Of a stretch of 64,000 nucleotides of DNA, positions 20,791-30,671 are shown piece by piece. The stretch covers positions 7,040,001-7,104,000 of the forward strand of contig OZ244561.1 in the NCBI GenBank assembly GCA_965217585.1, read 5' to 3'. Within the stretch, counting starts at the first letter, position 1. Each line of letters begins with the position of its first letter. The notes under the pieces were generated by a model. That model had not been told where the DNA came from. It worked only from the letters and a program-made list of their open reading frames with translations, and ran no database searches. Both the position numbers and the translations under genes were made by a program. Source of the stretch: Candidatus Latescibacterota bacterium. GTDB lineage: Bacteria; Latescibacterota; UBA2968; UBA8231.

Positions 20791-20939
20791 TCGACGACGC
20801 GCTTCTGCCGGGATGCCACCGGCATTAATCTGCAGGCCTGCGGCAACTTTAATGCAGGTAGCAGGCATACGTCCACACCTGGAAGAAAGTCGATCAATGG
20901 GGCCATTGGGCTCCGCGAAGAGAACATGAGACAGAACAC

Positions 20940-21740
20940 ATGACAACGACGAGACGACCGGAGATCGACCCCATATACGAGTTGGAGGTCTGTCCGTGGA
21001 CGGCGGCTCATCCAAGGCACGATCATCAGCTGATCTTCCCGTTGCCGGACGGGCGTCTGCTGATGGTGTGGTCCGAATACTACGCGGACCGACCCTCACA
21101 CGTCCTGCGCACCGAGGCCGATGTGGCGGACAACCGCAATGGGGTCCGCGATGACTTCCCGTGCCGTTTGTCCGGTAAGGTCTCCTGCGATCAGGGGCGC
21201 AGTTGGAGCGACACTTTCACCTTGCAGGAGAATCTGTGGGGATACAATGTCAAGCATCCAAATCTGATCCGCGTTCCGTCGGGCGATGTGATTCTGACAT
21301 TCACCGCTTGGGAGTCGAAGACGCAGCGGAACATCTACATGAAGCGTTCGAGTGACGCGTGCGACACTTGGAGCGAGATCGTCCAGATCTCGGAGCCCGG
21401 TTGGTACTGCACCAACAACGACCACGTGCTCCGAACGCGCGCCGGGCGTATCATTCTGCCCAGTCACGGCGGACCCGGCTTTGAGTTCAAGCCCGGTAAT
21501 CCGCTGCATGCCTTCGTTTTCTACTCGGACGATGATGGCCACAACTGGCGCATGAGCCGCAACACCATGACGGCGCCAGGCCGTGGGGCGCATGAACCCA
21601 CCATCGTCGAACTCGAAGACGGCCGGCTCTTGTGTTTCCTTCGCACCACGTGTAAGTGCATCTATAGAGCGGTATCGAACGACGGTGGCGAAACGTGGTC
21701 CGAACCGCTACCTACATCGCTCGCAGCGCCGGTCGACAGT
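20940..21740 (+). pseudogene. Sialidase-like BNR/Asp-box propeller, 3' truncated
   Basis: Four Asp boxes (SCDQGRSW, SSDACDTW, SDDDGHNW, SNDGGETW) plus HEP.IVEL.DG. After PTSLAAP (~21735) the ORF runs into unrelated/antisense sequence. Confidence 0.75.
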
Positions 21741-21897
21741 AATCCCATTCGATATTCCGGTCGCGAGGCATTTTGCCGAAGCCATCGGGATAATGCGATT
21801 GGCAAATGCGGTCATGCATTTCCCTCAACGCGCGGAGCACGTCAGGGATGGTCTGCCTCCTTAAAACTGTCCCAGATTCAGGGAGGTGGGCCAACCG

Positions 21898-22584
21898 TCA
21901 GGCCGGCGTGTGTGCGTCGCCGGCCGTCAGCATGCGCAGCCGGTCCTCGGACGTCAGATACGGCTCGATCTGCTTCACGAAGGTATCCAGCGTCTGCTCC
22001 GGCGTTGACTGGGACGTGTCGAGCCTCATGCGATGGTGCAGCAGAGACTGGCCGTACTCCTCCTCGAATCGCGTCAGCACCATCTCGACGTCCTCCGGTC
22101 TGGGATAGGGCCGCGGCTGGGCCGCCTGGCGCTGGCGGATCACCTCGGCAGCGGCCGTCAGGTACACGAGAACCGTATCCGGCGCGATCTGCGACACCAT
22201 CGAGTCGTACGACCGCGCCATGACCTGCCGGTCGGCGCGCTGGCTCGGCCCGCCGAAGCCGTAGTAGAGGGGCCCGTACACGGCGTCGGCATAGTACCAG
22301 CCGACGACGCAGTGGTCGGGCAGATCGTAGAAACTGGGATGCGTGTGATAGTGGATGACGTAGCGGTTGTACTTCTCGATGATCGCTGGGTCGTCCAGCG
22401 TCAGCAGCTTCAGATCGTCCTCGACCCGCTCTCCCTTGGGCCCCTCGTCGGCCGGGTCCCAGGGGAGGAAGTGATCGTGGAAACTCGTGGTACACGAGCC
22501 GAGGGTGCGTTCCATCCAGCCGCGGATCCCGGCGGCCAGCGTGGTCTTGCCCGCGTATTCGCAGCCAATGATGATCAGTCGCAT
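21898..22584 (-). CDS. P-loop nucleoside/nucleotide monophosphate kinase-like protein
   Basis: ATG 22584 after GAAAGGAAGG; MRLIIIGCEYAGKTT Walker A; PDTVLVYLTA..EVI..R and LDTS motifs. Confidence 0.75.
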   Translation of the reverse strand: MRLIIIGCEYAGKTTLAAGIRGWMERTLGSCTTSFHDHFLPWDPADEGPKGERVEDDLKLLTLDDPAIIEKYNRYVIHYHTHPSFYDLPDHCVVGWYYADAVYGPLYYGFGGPSQRADRQVMARSYDSMVSQIAPDTVLVYLTAAAEVIRQRQAAQPRPYPRPEDVEMVLTRFEEEYGQSLLHHRMRLDTSQSTPEQTLDTFVKQIEPYLTSEDRLRMLTAGDAHTPA

Positions 22585-22597
22585 CGTCGCCTTCCTT

Positions 22598-22885
22598 TCA
22601 GGACAGTGAGAAGGAGTAGAGCCGGGCCCTGGACATGTAGAACCGCAGCCGGACGGTCCGACCCTGAAGCGCCCCCGGCCGTGCGTTGCTGCGCCAGCCG
22701 ATTTCGATCCGCAGCCCGTTGTCGCGAATCTCGGGCGCCTCCTGCACCGCGTAGCCGTCGATGGCATCCCCCATCGGGTCGGCGACCTCGACCTTCATCA
22801 ATCCCCGCCGCGCGTCCGCGTTGATGTGCAGCGTCTCCCCGCGCCAGACGAAGGGCTTGGTCAGCAGCACGCCCAGCTCGTGCCG
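22598..22885 (-). pseudogene. C-terminal fragment of a glycoside-hydrolase-like (GH32/43-type propeller) protein
   Basis: G.LLTKPF....L.INADA..G...VEV.D..G..I.GY and L.GR.VRLRF....ARLYSF tail; upstream part is absent. Confidence 0.6.
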
Positions 22886-22995
22886 TGATCCTGGAGGCGG
22901 ACGGACAGGGCCCCGGTCTCGACCAAGAGCCCCCCTTCGACGGCACCCGCCGCGAGCGGCGTCTCCACAGCTTCGGCCCTCACCTCCGGGCCGTA

Positions 22996-23245
22996 TATCG
23001 GCTCCTCTATGCCATGCAATACTTCCATGGCACGACAGAAAGTGCGTGCTTATATGTTCGGGCTATGGCGCTGGTGTGGAACTTCCATCCCTATGGGCAG
23101 AAAACCCAGGACAAGTATGGACCGAGAGCTTCTCCCTTTCAGCAACTCAACGGTTTTCGCTATCATGATAATTGGCTCGAAAACATGATGATCGCGGCCT
23201 CTTTGAGGGGCCAAAGAGAATGACCACAAAATCCGTTAGAACTAG
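22996..23245 (+). mobile_element. Transposase C-terminal remnant with putative right end
   Basis: RLLYAMQYFHG...A.L..RAMALVWNFHPY...SPF..LNGFRYHDNWLEN...AASL.G resembles the tail of an IS transposase (stop 23223). The following CACAAAATCCGTTAGAACTAG may be the element end. Family not assigned. Confidence 0.55.
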
Positions 23246-23298
23246 GAAAAAGCTAGCCGCTACAAAAATGGAAGTCACGTCGTTTCTCCGGAGGGAGG

Positions 23299-24777
23299 TT
23301 ACAGTCGGATCGAATCCATCTGCCACACATCCATGGATCGAAGTGTAGCTTCTCCTCCGCGCGAGAAGAGCTGAATCCCCAAGCTGTCATCCCGAACAGG
23401 GTAGATGCGTTTTGTCAGGTACTGCCGACCATTGGCGAATACCTCGACGACACTGCGGTCCACGAAGACTCGCAGATCGAGGGGCTGTTCCTTCGGGAGT
23501 ATCAGGGGGCCGATCTGCGACTCCCGGTTGTAGACATCGTCACCGGCGCTCGATCGGGATACATCCAGTATCAAATTTCTGTATCTAGGACTGCCTCGAA
23601 CCTCAGGGCTGAAGCGTACGAGCGTCTGTTCTTCGCCCTTGGGAGAACAGAGCACCTTGAGCCCATACTCCTGAGCGCCTTTGCCCTCGAAGACAGCGGC
23701 TATTTCCAGGCTGTTACCGCCCGTGCCTCTGATTGGTACGACGGCATTCTTTCCAATACCAATATCCGAGAAGTGTTCACCCTTGCCTCGAAGCTGCTTC
23801 AATTCCGCTACCGGTTCTATATTCAGGTCCCCCTCATCCGAGAGCGACAGAACCAGCGGAAGAGTGAGTATTCCCGCCCAGCCGGAATCCCTCTGGATGT
23901 CTTCATAGCGGCACTCCGATATCCTGCCGAACAGGATACGGCGATCTCTGTCGTCCAGTAGAGTCTGACCCTCGCAAAAACTCCCGATCCGACCGCTGTC
24001 CCCATAAGCCAGCCTCCCGTGGCGCTCCGGAAGGAATCTCTTGTCCGAGTAGGTTCCTATGTAATACTGAGTTCCCCTGAGGTGGCTGGCAAAGAGAAGC
24101 ATGTGCTTCGTGCCAAGGGGAAAGAAATCCGGAACGGCACAGTCTTCACCGCCCTCGGTGTATTCACCTCCTTCGTAGAATGGGTGGAGGTAATCCCAGT
24201 GCTCGAGGTCTTCTGAACTGAAAAGAAACGCGCGATCTCTTCCCTTCGATGGAATTCCCTTTGGCCGCCACGAAATGCCTCCCGTTACCGCATGATATGT
24301 TTCTCCCTCGAGCCACGCGCAAGGTGCTCCCCGCACTTCGTACTCATCGCCGGGCTTCGGCTCCGGTATGACCGGATTCGCCCTGTGCTTTTGCCAGTCT
24401 ATGAGCTCTTCATCCTTTGCCGTGGCAATACATATACCGTCGGGATTGCCGTGGTAGATGATGGTCGGTATGCCTTCTCTGTTTACGAATGCCGTGCCGC
24501 TGTAACAGCCGTCTCTGTCTGGACCTTCGGGATCCGAGGCCAGTGCCGGAGGCAGGTCCGTCCAGTGAACGAGATCCTCGCTTACGGCATGTCCCCAATG
24601 AATCGTTCCGTGAAAAGCTCCTTCGGGATTGTACTGGTAAAACAGATGGTACCGGCCCTTCCAGTAGATCGTTCCGTTTGGATCGTTCATCCAGTTGCCC
24701 GGAGGAAGAAAGTGGTACTTCGGTCGGAAGCGGTCCGCTGCAAGCCTAGGGCTCACGGAATCGCTGCTCTTACTCAT
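23299..24777 (-). CDS. Glycoside hydrolase family 32 protein (non-canonical catalytic motifs)
   Basis: ATG 24777 after AAGGAGG; HF.P..NWMNDPNG, YHLFYQYNP, WGHAVSEDLVHW, C.SG, and C-terminal LRVFVDRSVVEVF.N.G. Confidence 0.92.
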   Translation of the reverse strand: MSKSSDSVSPRLAADRFRPKYHFLPPGNWMNDPNGTIYWKGRYHLFYQYNPEGAFHGTIHWGHAVSEDLVHWTDLPPALASDPEGPDRDGCYSGTAFVNREGIPTIIYHGNPDGICIATAKDEELIDWQKHRANPVIPEPKPGDEYEVRGAPCAWLEGETYHAVTGGISWRPKGIPSKGRDRAFLFSSEDLEHWDYLHPFYEGGEYTEGGEDCAVPDFFPLGTKHMLLFASHLRGTQYYIGTYSDKRFLPERHGRLAYGDSGRIGSFCEGQTLLDDRDRRILFGRISECRYEDIQRDSGWAGILTLPLVLSLSDEGDLNIEPVAELKQLRGKGEHFSDIGIGKNAVVPIRGTGGNSLEIAAVFEGKGAQEYGLKVLCSPKGEEQTLVRFSPEVRGSPRYRNLILDVSRSSAGDDVYNRESQIGPLILPKEQPLDLRVFVDRSVVEVFANGRQYLTKRIYPVRDDSLGIQLFSRGGEATLRSMDVWQMDSIRL

Positions 24778-24875
24778 GTGTCCTCCTTTTCCACCGCATC
24801 TTACTGTGATCGAATTACGTCGAGCATCGCCTGAATGTTCTCGAGGGGGCTGCGTGCCAAATCGGCAGCAGGATG

Positions 24876-25549
24876 TCAATCGTTCCCCAAACCCTCCAGA
24901 TATTGTAGAACATCCTTCACCGGAACCACATCCCCCATGCGGGCATTGATGTCGAACAGGTTCGCTTCATGGGCGGTTGGGGATCGGTCCCCGACGGCCT
25001 CCCGAGGTATGATTGTATGCAGGTTGTAGTCATGGGAAACCTGGGATGTCGCCCTTACACAGCCGCTCGTGCTGCAACCCGTGATGATGAGCGTATCGAC
25101 CTGCCTTGCCATCAACTGGCTAAGCAATGTGGTGCCGAAGAAGGTCGACGCCCGCTGCTTGGCGATTACCACCTCATCAGGCTGCACCTCCAAGGCAGGA
25201 TCAATCTCAACCCATTCCGTACCCTTGATCAGGATCCGCTGGAGGGGCTTTTTTTCATCACCACTTCACCGCAGTCCCTGAGGTCCGCCTCAAAGGCCAT
25301 GGTCGTGAAGAACACGGGTACCCCTTTTCGCCGAGCCACGCGCAGAACCCGCATCGTCTGTTCGATAACCCCAGACAGGTCGGTGCCAATGGGGGAGGAG
25401 GGATCAGTCCATGCCTTTGCGAGATCGATGACCAAGACCGCAGGTCGTTTACCAAAACCTGCCGTCCCGGCGAAGCCGCGTTCCATGTAGAACTCCTTCA
25501 TTCCCTCGTCTGCGAGGGAATGAACCTGTTTATTGCCCTTTGTGACCAT
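24876..25549 (-). pseudogene. Isochorismatase/cysteine hydrolase family (N-carbamoylsarcosine amidase/maleamate amidohydrolase-like), frameshifted
   Basis: Two ORF halves: GFGKRPAVLVIDL and K.RAS.FFGT...GCSTSGCVRAT. One extra A in the A7 run (forward T7, 25249-25255) gives MKKKPLQRILIKGTEWVEIDPALEVQP and joins them. Confidence 0.85.
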
Positions 25550-25780
25550 AGGTCATCTCCTTTCTCGAGATCTCTCAAGAAGTCCTGATTCTGATCCTGG
25601 AGGGCACTCGAGAAAACCGACCACACCGGATACACGAGCCCTTCGTTTACAACCGCTCCACGAGCTGTCTCTACCAGCACAACCGCTCAAAGCCATAACG
25701 GGGAAAACCCCGATCTGAACAAGGGTTTTCTTTAGACCTGTAGTAGATCGTTTCCAATTTAGTATTGCATGTCCATCTCT

Positions 25781-25836
25781 TGTGGGAGCGCCCTTCAGGC
25801 GATCCCCGCTCACATCGCGGCAAAATGCCGCGCCTA
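25781..25836. repeat. REP-like palindromic element
   Basis: tgtgggagcg...cgctcaca hairpin followed by cgcggca-aaa-tgccgcg hairpin, intergenic. Confidence 0.45.
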
Positions 25837-25866
25837 AGGGCATTGCGCCAGTATTATGGGAACGAT

Positions 25867-27045
25867 TTACTGGCTTTTCTTATCTGCCTCAACCGGACGG
25901 ACGAAACGGCCGTGCCCCGGCCGACCTAGGATGCTTCCGTCGGCGTACACCGTCTGCCCACGAACGATGGTCCGCCTTATGCGGCCCTTGAATTGCCGCT
26001 TGTCGTACAGATAATAGTTGTCGCGTGCAAGGGAAAACTGTTCTTCCTTATGAAACGTCCACACCTCGGTAGGGTCATAGACCACCAGGTCAGCATCTGC
26101 ACCCACCGCCACCCTCCCCTTACGAGGTGCGAGGCCGAAGATGCGCGCCGGCGCTTCGGCCAGCACCTCCACGGCACGACTCAGGGAAATCCGCCCCGCC
26201 AGGGCCTCGCCCAGGATTGAATGACCCAATACCTCGACCCCAGGATGCCCAGGTGGTGTCAGCCAGATGTCCGACTGGGCCTTTTCCTCAGGGCGATAGG
26301 GCCCGTGATCACTGCCGACGGTGTCTACCGTCCCATCGCGTACCGCTGTCCAGAGCGCCAGCGAGTCCTCTGGTGAGCGAAGCGGGGGGTTGATCTTCGC
26401 GAAAACGCCCACGCGCTCCATATCCCAAGCATCAAACAGCAGGTAATGGGGACAGGTCTCGATGGTGAGCGGTAATCCACGGCGCTTGCCTTCCCCGGCC
26501 AAACGCATGGCCCAGGCTGAAGAGGTGTGAGGCAGGTGCAATCGCACCCCAAGCGCTTCCACCAGGCACAGCAGGGTGCTCACCGCAGCAGCTTCCACGA
26601 AAGGCGGTCGTGACTCCAGGTGTGCTAAGGGATCTGTTCGACCTGCGGCCTTCAGTTCAGCAATGCGCGCCTCAACCAGCGCATTGTCCTCGGCATGGAT
26701 GGCGCAAGGCAGGCCCGTCTGCACAATCGCCTTCAATGCCCGATACAGAGCGCCGTTGTCGGGCACGTACAGTCCCCGTAAATCAGCTTTGTGGCCCGAT
26801 GGCAATCCGAGCGTAATGATCTTGAACCCGATCACACCTTCGGCCGCCATGCCGGCGATGACATCCGGGTCCTCACTGCCTCCTCCTCCGTACAGGGCAA
26901 AATCGACGTAACATTCCTGCTCGCCACTCTCCCGTCGGCGGCGGATGACATCGGGCGTTGACGCAGGCGGTTCGGAGCTAGGCATCTCGAGGATAGTGGT
27001 CACACCACCGGCTGCCGCTGCCTGCGTCGCTGTGGCCCAGGTGAT
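25867..27045 (-). pseudogene. Allantoinase/dihydroorotase-family amidohydrolase lacking its N-terminus
   Basis: AAAAGGVTTILEMP, GFK, HAED, HLPH, ETCPHYL, KINPPLR, GSDHGP, GADADLVV. The N-terminal HxH metal motif is missing. Confidence 0.85.
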
Positions 27046-27618
27046 CAATATCGCGTTCACAGTGACGCCGGTCCCGGCTACCTCCAGGGCGAGTGCCTTT
27101 GTGAAGGCAATGAGCCCGCCTTTTGCCGCGCAATAATGCGCGAGCTCCTGCCCTCCTTTAATGGCCAGCTGGGAACTGATATTGATTATCCGCCCGAATC
27201 GCTGCTCGAGCATGCCGTCCAGGGCAAACCTCGTGCAAAGGAAAGCACTGCGCAGGTTCTTGGCGATCATCGCGTCCCACGCCTCGATGGAGATCTCCAA
27301 GAAGGGGACATTGCCCCCCCCACCGGCATTGTTTACCAAAATGTCAAGACGGCCGAAATGATCCTGGACCGCATGCACCAGCCGTCGGGCCTGGTCGGCC
27401 TCAGCAACGTCCGCTTGGACCACAATAGCCTCGTTGCCCATCTGCTCGATTGCAGAAACGACCTCCTTGGCTTGACCGTAAGCCTGAAGGTAGTTCACCG
27501 CAACGTGTGCACCTTCGGCCGCAAATGCCAGGGCGATACCGCGTCCAATACCGCGGCTCGATCCGGTGACCAGCGCGATGCGCCCCTCCAGTTTGCCCAC
27601 CTTCGAGACTCCTTCCAC
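27046..27618 (-). pseudogene. FabG-like short-chain dehydrogenase lacking its C-terminus, fused in frame to the amidohydrolase
   Basis: TGSSRGIG, NNAG, YCAAK; homology stops at VTVNAI, with no PG..T/P..R tail. Confidence 0.85.
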
Positions 27619-27700
27619 GTCTAGAACGGATCGGTACCCTTCCTGTTCGCCAGGCCGGGTCGGTTCAACGGGGAATCTTCGACTTCAGACATGAAGTGTC

Positions 27701-27729
27701 TTGGTCCCGCTCCAGACGAGCGGGACCAA
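27701..27729. terminator. Strong hairpin, possible terminator
   Basis: Perfect 12-bp stem ttggtcccgctc/gagcgggaccaa with a 5-nt loop; no clear U tract. Confidence 0.45.
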
Positions 27730-27831
27730 AGACCTCGTTTACCTTACTTCGGCCCGACTTCGCAACGTCCAACGACGCCTCCTCCAGCCGACGATCACAG
27801 ATTTCAGGCACGCCAAGTTGTTGAGAACGAA

Positions 27832-28115
27832 CTACTTTTTCCAGAAAAATGTCTGCGGCCGTGCGATGACCGGGTTCTTGGCGTCCGGTGTGTTCAGGAG
27901 CCTCGCCGGGACGTTTCCCATGTTGACTTTGACCACCCGGAGACCCTGGTTCGCCGCGCTCTGCCCAACAACGCCGACGGTGTATACTTCCCCGGCGGCG
28001 GCTATGTATACATTCTTCAGACTCCTGCAAAAGTCCTCGTGGGTTTCAACCAGATGGGCCGGCAGCAGGAGAAAAAGTGGAATTTTGCCCCGGTAGTTCA
28101 GGGCCAGTATGGAAT
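27832..28115 (-). pseudogene. Probable C-terminal fragment of an unknown protein (not in the ORF track)
   Basis: Open frame [49 protein letters not shown]...PQTFFWKK* with no convincing 5' start; abuts the PKS fragment. Confidence 0.35.
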
Positions 28116-28121
28116 TCCTGC

Positions 28122-28650
28122 TGGAAGTGCAGGTGCTTTGGAATCGCGCCCTGCTTCATCGCCAGCATTACCTTGATCAGCGCGGCGACTCCCGCTGCCG
28201 ACTCTAGATGGCCGAAGTTGGTCTTCACCGAGCCGATCAGCAGCGGGCGGTCTGCGGCACGTCCCTTGCCGTACGCCGCCGCGGTCGAGCGCAACTCAAT
28301 CGGATCACCCACTTCCGTCCCCGTCCCGTGCGTCTCCACGTAATCCACATCCGAGGGCAGAACCCCCGCCCGCAGCAGCGCCGCCTCGATGACCCGCTCC
28401 TGCGACGCTTCGTTGGGTACCGTCAGTCCCGCACTCGTCCCATCCTGGTTGACCGCCGAGCCTCGGATCACGCCCCAGATCCGGTCGCCCCGTCTGCCTC
28501 CGCCTCACTCAGCCGCTTCAGAACCACGATTCCGCAGCCTTCGCCCCGCACGTACCCGTTCGCAGCCGCATCGAATGTTTTGCACCGACCATCCGGCGCC
28601 AACATCCCGGCATTGGCACGCAGCATTCCGCGTCGAACTGGTCGATGCCA
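28122..28650 (-). pseudogene. Type I polyketide synthase ketosynthase remnant (SupA-like)
   Basis: [70 protein letters not shown]; frameshift at 28488-28491; truncated at both ends. Confidence 0.9.
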
Positions 28651-28805
28651 TGGTCTTTATAAAAAATTGGGCTATATATAGTCTTGTGCATTGAATGTAA
28701 TAGGTACGTTGAAGCCGGTCATCCAAAATCTTTGGCGGAATTGCAGCCGAAGATAGACCGTGATACCTTACGCGGCTGGCTAACACGATCAGGAGATATA
28801 CATCA

Positions 28806-30044
28806 ATGGCTAAGAGAGTATTCCACGTCGCATTCCTTGCGGCGCTTATGGCGGGATGCAGTGAGGATAAACCGCTCGGCTTTGAGGCGGGACCGCCCAG
28901 CGCGGTCGAAGTTGACGCAGGCGCGGCCGTGCAAGTGCGATCCATGCTGCCGCTCACAGGCCATCAGCATATTGCCGAGTCGATCCAGAAGGCGATCGAG
29001 CTGGCCGTCGAGGATTATGGCCCCATCTATGGTCGCACGGTTGCACTCGGACAGCCAGTAGATACCATGTGTTCAAGCGATGGCGGCGGCGAGGGTGCGC
29101 GTCAGATCGTCGCCGACCCGCAAGGGGTGGGCGTCATCGGCCCGGCGTGTTCCGGGGCGTCGGTGGGGGCCTCGCCCGTGCTTAGCGCGGCAGGATTGGC
29201 GACGATCTCGCCAGCGAACGCGTCGCCCGATCTCACGTCGGACCTCGCGGGCAACCCAGGACCGGACTACCATCCCGGCTACTTCCGCGTTTACAGCAAT
29301 GGTCTTTATCAGGCCCAAGCAGTCGCCCATTTCGCCTATAACGAGTTGGGCTTGCGGCGGATGGCGACCATTCACGACGGCGACTCGGTTACGCACGGTC
29401 TCGCCACTGCCTTCGCCAACGCTTTCAGCACACTCGGCGGCGAAGTCGTTGCCATCGCCGCTATCGCCAAGGGCGACGCGGACATGAGCGCCGTACTGGC
29501 GGATTTTGCGGCTGCCGCACCGGACGGCATCTTCTTGCCGCTATTTGCCGCCGAGGGGTATCATCTCGTCAGCCAAGCAAAGGGGTTTGACGGGTTAGAA
29601 GAGGTAACGTTCATCGCCGGCTCCGCTACGAGTACCCAAGAATTTCTCGGCAAGCCGGAATCGGAAGGGGTCTATCTCTCAGGGCACGACTCGCATTTCG
29701 GCACCAACGCCAATCAGGTGACCGGCAAGGACGCGAGTGCGCTGTCGGCTGCTTACCAAGCTGCTGCCGACGCGAATTTCTTTTTTCACGCCTACGACGC
29801 CACGACGCTACTGCTCAGCGCCATCGAATCCGTTGCCGTGGAGGAGAGCGGAAAGTTGCACATAGACCGCGTCGCCCTGCGCGAGGAGGTCGGGGCAACG
29901 GCCGACTTTCAGGGCATCATCGGCGTACTCACCTGCGACGAGTTCGGCGACTGCGGCACCGGGCGCGTCAACATCTACTACCACGCGGACTCGGGCATCA
30001 CGGACACCGCGCAGTTGCCGGTGGTCTATCGGTTCGCACCGTGA
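28806..30044 (+). CDS. Branched-chain amino acid ABC transporter substrate-binding lipoprotein (LivJ/LivK-like)
   Basis: Lipobox MAGC; PLTG, D.MC, VGVIGPACSG, ISPANASP.LT, YFRV, AYDAT; RBS AGGAG. Confidence 0.9.
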   Translation: MAKRVFHVAFLAALMAGCSEDKPLGFEAGPPSAVEVDAGAAVQVRSMLPLTGHQHIAESIQKAIELAVEDYGPIYGRTVALGQPVDTMCSSDGGGEGARQIVADPQGVGVIGPACSGASVGASPVLSAAGLATISPANASPDLTSDLAGNPGPDYHPGYFRVYSNGLYQAQAVAHFAYNELGLRRMATIHDGDSVTHGLATAFANAFSTLGGEVVAIAAIAKGDADMSAVLADFAAAAPDGIFLPLFAAEGYHLVSQAKGFDGLEEVTFIAGSATSTQEFLGKPESEGVYLSGHDSHFGTNANQVTGKDASALSAAYQAAADANFFFHAYDATTLLLSAIESVAVEESGKLHIDRVALREEVGATADFQGIIGVLTCDEFGDCGTGRVNIYYHADSGITDTAQLPVVYRFAP

Positions 30045-30066
30045 GAGGTCGAGAAAGGGAACTAGC

Positions 30067-30459
30067 ATGAAAACGCTCCGTGTTGCCATGATCGCGCTGG
30101 CCATTGTCCAACTGGTGCTGACGGGGTTTACCGCCTTGGTCGGCGGATTCGCCGACGGGGGTAGCGTTGGGGAACGAGCGCTGATTATGGTCGTGCATCC
30201 GGTTGCCGCCATCGCGCTGCTGGTAATGGTGTTGACCCTCCGAACTGCCGCCAAGTGGCTCACTCGTGTGGCTGTGGTTTTGCTATTGGTCAGCATCGCC
30301 GGGGATGTAGCGGTCTACGTTGCCATCAGCGAAGGCACGATAAAGGGAGACAAGTCTCTGGCTCTTATATTCGCTATAATACCAGTAATCGGCGTGGTAT
30401 ATGGACTGGCCCGGGGAACGGGACGGGGTCAGGTCAACAGTCCCGGGGCGACCAGATAG
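30067..30459 (+). CDS. Small 4-TM membrane protein
   Basis: 130 aa; four hydrophobic segments; RBS AAAGGGA. Confidence 0.75.
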   Translation: MKTLRVAMIALAIVQLVLTGFTALVGGFADGGSVGERALIMVVHPVAAIALLVMVLTLRTAAKWLTRVAVVLLLVSIAGDVAVYVAISEGTIKGDKSLALIFAIIPVIGVVYGLARGTGRGQVNSPGATR

Positions 30460-30592
30460 CGGCACCGAGAAGCTTCATGCCAGCGATGATATTCACTGCG
30501 CTGATGCCTTTTTCGATTTTTATGCGGAAAGAAAAATAAATGGCCCGCGCAAACCTGTTCTATCTACCCAGGCAGGAGCCGACTCCTTGGAG

Positions 30593-30631
30593 GAGATTCT
30601 CCGACTCCGCTGCGCTCCGCTCAGAATGACA
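30593..30631. repeat. REP-like element between convergent genes
   Basis: gagattct-ccgactccgctgcgctccgctc-agaatgaca matches the widespread GAGATTCT(T)CG...CTCAGAATGAC repeat pattern. Confidence 0.5.
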
Positions 30632-30671
30632 AGCTGCGATCAGTAATGACAATTCGTCTGCTGCTGCGTTC

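Noticed and set aside
21741-22223. C-terminal 160 aa of the 427-aa sialidase-like ORF
   Set aside because: Arg/Pro/Ala-rich read-through, largely antisense to the kinase-like gene.
25246-25258. Programmed -1 ribosomal frameshift
   Set aside because: Zero-frame codons are AAA AAA AGC, not A AAA AAG, and no stimulatory structure was seen; an indel is simpler.
25703-25733. gaaaaccc/gggttttc hairpin as terminator or operator
   Set aside because: Long loop and short U tract; no supporting evidence.
22887-27046. GATC sites near two junctions suggesting restriction-ligation chimeras
   Set aside because: GATC is frequent here and the other junctions lack it.
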